Shown here: positions 57,960 to 64,000 of the stretch, in pieces
Numbering within the stretch: position 1 is the stretch's first letter
Layout of the letters: every line of letters starts with the position of its first letter
NCBI RefSeq assembly: GCF_009914755.1
Contig: NC_060941.1
Source: the human T2T-CHM13v2.0 reference genome, Homo sapiens
DNA: 64,000 nt
Direction: 5' to 3' (one strand)
Program-made: the position numbers and the translations under genes
Notes under the pieces: model-generated
What the model was told of the DNA's origin: nothing
The model's database searches: none
The model's input: only the letters and a program-made list of their open reading frames with translations

Positions 57960-58067
57960 TAGCTTAGCCTGACCTTTTTAGAGTAGCATGTTCCCCCTTT
58001 GAACTTCTTTCCCTTCAGTAGTACCGTGTAGCTAGGACAATAGTCTTAGTGTTTAGTGGGCTTCTAG
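57960..58067 (+). promoter_or_regulatory. UAG-rich cluster, putative Musashi-binding intronic splicing enhancer
   Basis: 11 TAG in 108 nt, including (G/A)T1-3AGT matches at 58018, 58040 and 58051. Confidence 0.6.
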
Positions 58068-59356
58068 TTCGCTCTGTTTGGGGGAGCTTTGTCTCTGCTT
58101 TCTTCCCTCCTCTGCTCCCTGCCCTTGACGGTGCATGTCTTCCTCTCGTCCTGTAGAAATTCCTTGTTTAAAAGGCTCAGTAGCTAAAGTTGAGCAGCCC
58201 TGTTGGGGGCTGTTTATTGAGTTTGCGGCTGGCTTCTGGCACATCATTTAAAACCACAGTGATTGGAAATGGGTCTTGGGGTCAGGCCTCCAAGCATCTG
58301 CCTGGATGGCAGAGGATGTTTGTCTTTATATGTATGGGAGTGTATCTGTGTATGTCCCAGCACGAGGCTGTGCGTGCACGTGCTGGTGGCTGAGAGAAGC
58401 CCAGGGTAGGGAACATGGCATACTTCATCTGGATTCTGCAGCTACAAGAGGTTACCTTGGCCTCCTGACTATTATTCCCGTTGCTGGGACATCCTTGCTG
58501 CCCGGTGCATTTTTAGATAGCATAAGCCTTGATCAAGAAGAAATCCAGGGACCCGTAGGAGACCCTCCAGTGCCAGCTTCATCTAGACCGTGGGGCTCAG
58601 ACCGAAGAGCCACATCTAAATTCCCACAATTGCCTCAGGAGGTTGAAACACCGAGAGATCAAATAAAGCCACAGGGCTCACCCCACATAGACCCCTGCAG
58701 CCCCGCACTCCCTTCCCTATCTGGCTCCATGTGTATGCAATCACCTGGGACCCCCCAATGCTTCACCCTCGGGCCTGGGGCTGTGATGCTGCTGACTTCA
58801 TGTTTTGACAAAAGTCTGGAGTTAAAAAGGCCATGCTAACCTGCAGAGCCTTTGGAGAACAGCTGGAATTAAGCCAGCTCCCGGCCAAGGTGCCTGCTCT
58901 GTCAAGAGGCCGTCCCAAGTGCCTCCTGCCTGTGGCACGGGGCTGACCACTCCGCCATGATCTCTGCCAGGAGCAGTGGGCCAGCCCAGCCATGCTCAGT
59001 TCTACTCAAGACAACCCCAGGGGAGCCACTGTGTCGATGCACGGCCAACAGGGAGCTCAACCCTGCTTCTCAAGAAAAAAATTCCTCCTACAATTCTTGA
59101 ATTATTGTTGTGGGCCTTCTAGAACCAGCTTCTGGGGTGACAAATGGGTGAGAATCAAACGCACCTAAAGATGTTGTGCCTTCCGGAAGCCTGACAGCCA
59201 CTACTCTGTGTCCCTCTCAAAAGCTGCCCTGTGAAAATCCCTTCCCACTCCTGTCTTTGTGTGGAGGGCGGGGGGTTGTGTGGCCCGTGACCTAGGTCTG
59301 TGCCTGGCCCTTTCAAGGATTCCTCCATGACTCAGGCTCCTCTCTCTCCTGACCAG

Positions 59357-59419
59357 GCTTCCCAGCAGCGGCTTATGGACCAGTGGCAGCAGCGGCGGTG
59401 GCGGCAGCAAGAGGATCAG
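59357..59419 (+). CDS. MSI2: MSI2 coding exon (approx. exon 11, 63 nt): (G)FPAAAYGPVAAAAVAAARGS
   Basis: Acceptor CTCTCTCCTGACCAG (AG 59355-59356), donor CAG|GTAGGA at 59420. Encodes the Ala-rich Musashi segment, phase 1-1. Confidence 0.96.
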
Positions 59420-59536
59420 GTAGGAAGGTGTATGGGACAGGCGACTCCCAGGCATGCCCCCAGTGTGCAGGGGGAGGTCAAGGCCCTGTCGGATCTGTGT
59501 GGCTGCATCTGTCCAACACCACTCTCACCACAGCCC

Positions 59537-59580
59537 CGGGGAGGGGGTGGACGGGGAGGGGGTGGACCGGGAGGCGCGGG
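59537..59580 (+). repeat. G-rich 15-mer duplication (CGGGGAGGGGGTGGA x2), G-quadruplex-capable
   Basis: Units at 59537 and 59552, then CCGGGAGGCGCGGG. Confidence 0.8.
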
Positions 59581-62500
59581 CAAGGCCTGGCCACCCAGGG
59601 CACTTGTAGTGGGGTCAGTCACAGTCATGGGACTGCAAACTAAAGGCAGATTATTATTCTCTCCTTGAAAAAAAAAACAAACCTGAGTTTCTTTTTGACT
59701 TTGACCATCCCGTCACCTGACAGCTAGCTTCGGGTACCTGTGGTCATTTCCCTCCTTGGCTTTTGCTAATTCAACAGGCTCCCTTCCTTGGGTCCCTGAG
59801 CCAGCCAGAGAAGTGCTAGGCTGTCCCCTGGGACCCTGCTGCACTGGTAGGTGGGCTTGCTGGTCTGGCTAAACCCCCAGAGCCCCTGAAAGCAGCCATG
59901 GGACCAGCCCTGGGCCTCAGTGAATGAAGCTGCTGTTTCTGGAGCCGCTGTGCCTCCCAGACTCTTCTTAGCCAGACTCCTCAGCTCCAGCTGCCAAGGG
60001 AATTGGGCTTTCTGTCCCATGAGGTTGCTCCAGTCCTTCTGTCTCCAAAGCCAACCTTTTGGAGGTCTGGAACCCCTCAAGTGACATGGGAACACTTTCC
60101 CAGCATTATCATGGGGTCAGGCCAGAGCTGGGATATGTCCAGGGTGCCCGGGGTCCCTTTTGTCCCTCTCCCCAGAATGCTTTCTGCCTTCCCAGGCAAG
60201 CAGGGCTTCTGCTGTGCCCTGGGCTCCCTCCCCACCCCTGCTCCCTGAACTGAGTGGTCATGGTTTGCAGCTCTGTCCCCCCACGCCCCACGGACAGGGC
60301 TCTGGAGCACCCAGGGAAGCGCCTAGTTTGATGTCACAGGGCTCTGAGGAGGGTGGGGCTGGGCAGGGTGGGGGGCTGGTGAGGGTACCAGGAAATAGAG
60401 CATTAAAAGCCCAGAGGGCAAATGCCAAGAACCCACACCCTGGGTGATGAGAAGTTGGCACAGTGAGGCCCATTAGAAAACTTCAGTAAAAATCCGTTCC
60501 ATGCAAACTGGCACTGCCTCGAGCTACAAAGGATCCACTCCCCCGAATCATCCCATTGGGGTTTTGTTTGGAGGGGGCTAGGGAGTTCTCAGGGGTTGCC
60601 GAGGGTCAGTTTGCCAGAGAGCTAGCAAGTGGGCAGACTGGCAGGCAGGTCCAGAGAGTGGGGCCCCCTTCCTGAGCTTCTGCTCACCACAGCCAGTGTC
60701 CAAAGGCCCCACCTGCCCTCTGGCCAGTGTCCCTCAGTCCCCCCAGCCCCGGGCCCCGGGGGCGGGGTGCACAGCTGCCTCGTGTCTCCCTGTGCCATTT
60801 GGTTTTTTAACTTGAGTGCTTTTTGGTATCATTATAAACAAGCCTTGGCCCTACCTGTGCCTGGGGTTGGGGAAAAGATAAAAGAAAACTCTTGAGATTT
60901 TTGAGTGTTGTTGGTTGTTGTTTTCTCCGTTCAGTTTCTTTCTTTTTATAACTTGGATTATGAAACTAAACTTTAACCCAAAATTAACCCTGCCTCTCTC
61001 CCCACCCCACCCCGTTCTCCTTGACTTCATGGCAAGTTTAAAGGGCAGCATGGGGTTCTTTATGAGTCTGAGAGCCGTCTCCCACGGTCTGTGCCCCCTT
61101 CTGCCACCCTACCCTCTCATGGACTCCCAGAGCCAGGTGGGAGTCCCACCCATCCCTCTAACTCCTAACCCCCAAGGTCATCTCCAGTCACACATTTTTT
61201 TTTTTTTTTCGGGATCAATGGTGTTTGATTTGTAGCCATTTCCATCAGGAGCAAAGTCTCTCCCAGCCCATTCTAGGTCAGCCATGCTCATCGCTGCACT
61301 GTTAGTGAACTGTATTCAGGAGTGTGCTCCCAGACCACCTGCCCACACCAGCCTGGGTTAGCGCAAGGAGTAAATCCTCAACTCCGAGGTGCCCGCCCCG
61401 CCCCACAGGGTGCAGGGTCAGCCTGGAAGCTACAGGGCAACCCTGCAGTGCTGCCGGGCAGGGTGTGTCAGGGGCTTGGGATGTGCCCCAGGGCAATGAC
61501 TAGACTGTATCCACCATAGTGAGAGCGCTGCCTAGGCAGGAAGACACTTGCCTGTGTGTAGCCAGGCTACCCTAGTTCCTCAGCCCCACTTTGGACCTGG
61601 AACAGGGTTACAGGTTTGGGAAAGGAAGCGTTCTGCCTTTCTTTCTTTTAACGCATTCTGCCAGTAAGGGGACTGTCACCTCACTCCTTCTAGAAAATGA
61701 TCGGGAAGCCAAGCCTGATGGGATGGCCAATTATTTACCTGTGGGTGGCCTCTCCGTGGCAAAAGCTCTTTGCTCTGAATTTCGAAGACCACAAAGACTC
61801 ACTTGGGTGTGTGCATCAGTCTAGGCCACAGAGGGCTCACTGGGTGTTGATGGCCTAGTTTCACCTTCCCCAGCTCCTGAAGCCCTTACTCACCCCAGCT
61901 CCTCCCCAGGATGCTCCTGCAGCCTCAACTACTGCAGGTCAGCATGAACTCAACTGCATTCCCTTATAGGGAGACACAGGGAGACATTCAGGGAGAGTCT
62001 GTTGAGTACCTACCTTGAACCTGGTACCATGCTAAACCTGGCAGGCAACTCCAAACAGTAGAAAACGTGGCCTCTGCTCCCCAGGGGCTCTCAGGCTTCA
62101 TTTAGGGATCAGACATCATCCTATGGACGGCCCTTTTTTTGTCTTTGATTTTTGTCTAGCTCCAACGTTTGGGTTTTTTTTTTTTTTTTTCCTTCCATTA
62201 TGACTTATAGGGGAAGCTTCCTGAAGTGAGAAGCACTTGCTGAGGGCCGTGGGGTGGGAGGCAGCTTCGTTTTTGCTCAGGGTGGCAACTTGGATCCATC
62301 AGGGCTATGGTGTCAGGGTAGGAGGTCTGGGGGGGCCTTGAGGTCTGTGCCCACCTCAGCCAACTCCTCTGGGCCAGCCTGCCCACCTGTTCCTAATTCC
62401 CCTAGGACCTGAGGTGAGCAGGGCTCAGGGGACCCCACCAGGTGAGGTCCCTGCCGACTCCTAGATAACTTCACTATCAGTGGTCACTTTTCTTTTCCCT

Positions 62501-63260
62501 TCACCTGGTAGTTTGAAATGTCATCTTTTCTTGTGCTCAGTCGAGAGTTTGTTTGTTTATTTTGATCGTATTCATTCAGTTCCAGTGGCCCCATCATGTC
62601 CCACCCAAACCTAAATTCAGTTTGACAGAAGCCTCCCCCGACAGGTGAGGGAAGTGGTTTGGATATTCAGGGTATTTTAGTTTGGGGTGACATTATGGGT
62701 GGGTCCGTGTATCAATCTTAGAGCTTCTGAGCCCCTGGTACCACCCCGTCCCACCTCTCCCCACCCACCCGGCCCCAGCCAGGACCCCTTACTGTACTTT
62801 ATACTTGCCAGCTTTATTCCAATCTAGTAACATGAGCTCCTGATGGTGGTGGTGAGTGTGAGCAGTCATATTTCTGTTGTCTTTTCTCTTGCTTGGTTGG
62901 GGCTGCGGTGAGAGTGTCTCTGAGGCATACTTTCCCGCCTCTCTTACGCTAGGATCTGCACACCTCCTCTCAAACACTCTTCTGAGCACGCTCAGCGGGA
63001 AGGTTTGTCCACACCTATTAATCCTCTCTCAGTGTCCAGCTTCCTGTTAGTACCAGCTGGTTTGCATGTTTTTGCTTGTTCAGATGAAACAGTTCAAGAA
63101 ACAAACTCATATCCAACTCTCAAGAAATGTCTTTTTTTGTACACTTTCGTTTTTGATTTTTTTTATTAGTTACAACTCCAAAACACCTGTTGTCCAGTAA
63201 AACATTTCACACCTCCCCTGCCTGTTCTTAGATTGTATGTATCTGTGGGACTGAACTAAA

Positions 63261-63308
63261 TGCATGCACCGTAGTAGATGTACTGGTAGCCGTAGCTGTA
63301 GTTGTAGT
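63261..63308 (+). promoter_or_regulatory. GUAG cluster plus UGCAUG, putative Musashi/RBFOX intronic element
   Basis: TGCATG 63261-63266, then 6 TAG, each preceded by G, in 63271-63308. GTAGT at 63271, 63298 and 63304. Confidence 0.55.
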
Positions 63309-64000
63309 ACATGCATTGTTGAGTTGATATTACAGGGTCTTTGACGGCTCGGCACAGCACGGCCGTCTGAAGGATAGTGCGGGGACCAGGAAGAGAAGGG
63401 GCTCCATATTTTCAATGTTTCCAAGGGGCTTGGATCCATGTTCTCACCATCAGCCACCACCACCTCCCCTCACACTCCCCGTTCCCCCAGTCCAGAACTG
63501 GGTCACCACCCTCAGCTCTAGCCTTCCTCACTGAGGTCTCTGTTGATATCGTCCAATTATAGTGCAAAAATGGAGCCAGGATTGGAAGGAGTCTTAAAGG
63601 TCTTCCTTGTTCTTGTCTTTCTCATACTATTCTTGAACAGAGCAGATCTTTTTTTATTTCTTAAGGCCTACCAGCAAGACTCCTTCAAGCCCTTCTACTC
63701 CTTGAGTCCTTTGGCAGGTCACAGCCAGCCCTTCAGGGATACGGGTCTATGTGGCAGTCCTGTCTATATGGATTACTTCTTGGGGTGGAGGGGAAATGAG
63801 ACATGGTAAGGAAGGGATTGAGATCTTGAGATCCTTGGTCTGCAGACAGGGAATGCACTTGGCCCTAGTGAATCATTGCTATTTGTTCTTAGGGTTGGTG
63901 AAGGTTAAGTAGGGTGAGAGTGGTGACATTCTTAGCATGGAGGTGACTGGCACAGTTTCGTGGAGACAGAAAGGGAGGTCGGCTTGGAACATCCAAGAGG

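Noticed and set aside
60900-61060. Branch-point-like TAAC motifs plus a pyrimidine tract as another cryptic exon
   Set aside because: No convincing donor found downstream.

Overview
Primate (most likely human) genomic DNA from the 3' half of MSI2 (Musashi-2 RNA-binding protein), transcribed on the + strand. The window holds four canonical coding exons (end of RRM2 through the Ala-rich segment; approximately exons 8-11), an alternative last exon giving the short DYLPVSQDIIFIN* C-terminus with its own 3' UTR and AATAAA, and long introns filled with Alu, MaLR LTR, MER DNA-transposon, L1/L2 fragments and a 7SL retrocopy. Almost all supplied ORFs are spurious. The most notable signal is a candidate Musashi auto-regulatory splicing circuit. 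A 24-nt in-frame microexon (57908-57931) and a second microexon/poison-exon candidate ending at 63234 flank exon 11. Both use a GTATGT donor followed within about 30-40 nt by a dense cluster of UAG (Musashi-binding) motifs. Further candidate cassette exons lie nearby, and the short-isoform 3' UTR carries Musashi, Pumilio and CPE motifs. Other observations: a 68-bp non-Alu inverted repeat, an Alu with no A-tail or TSD (probable deletion junction), an Alu-left-arm/7SL chimera in a nested insertion cluster, and two perfect short tandem duplications. Repeat boundaries are approximate, and exon numbers and repeat subfamilies are from recognition, not database searches.
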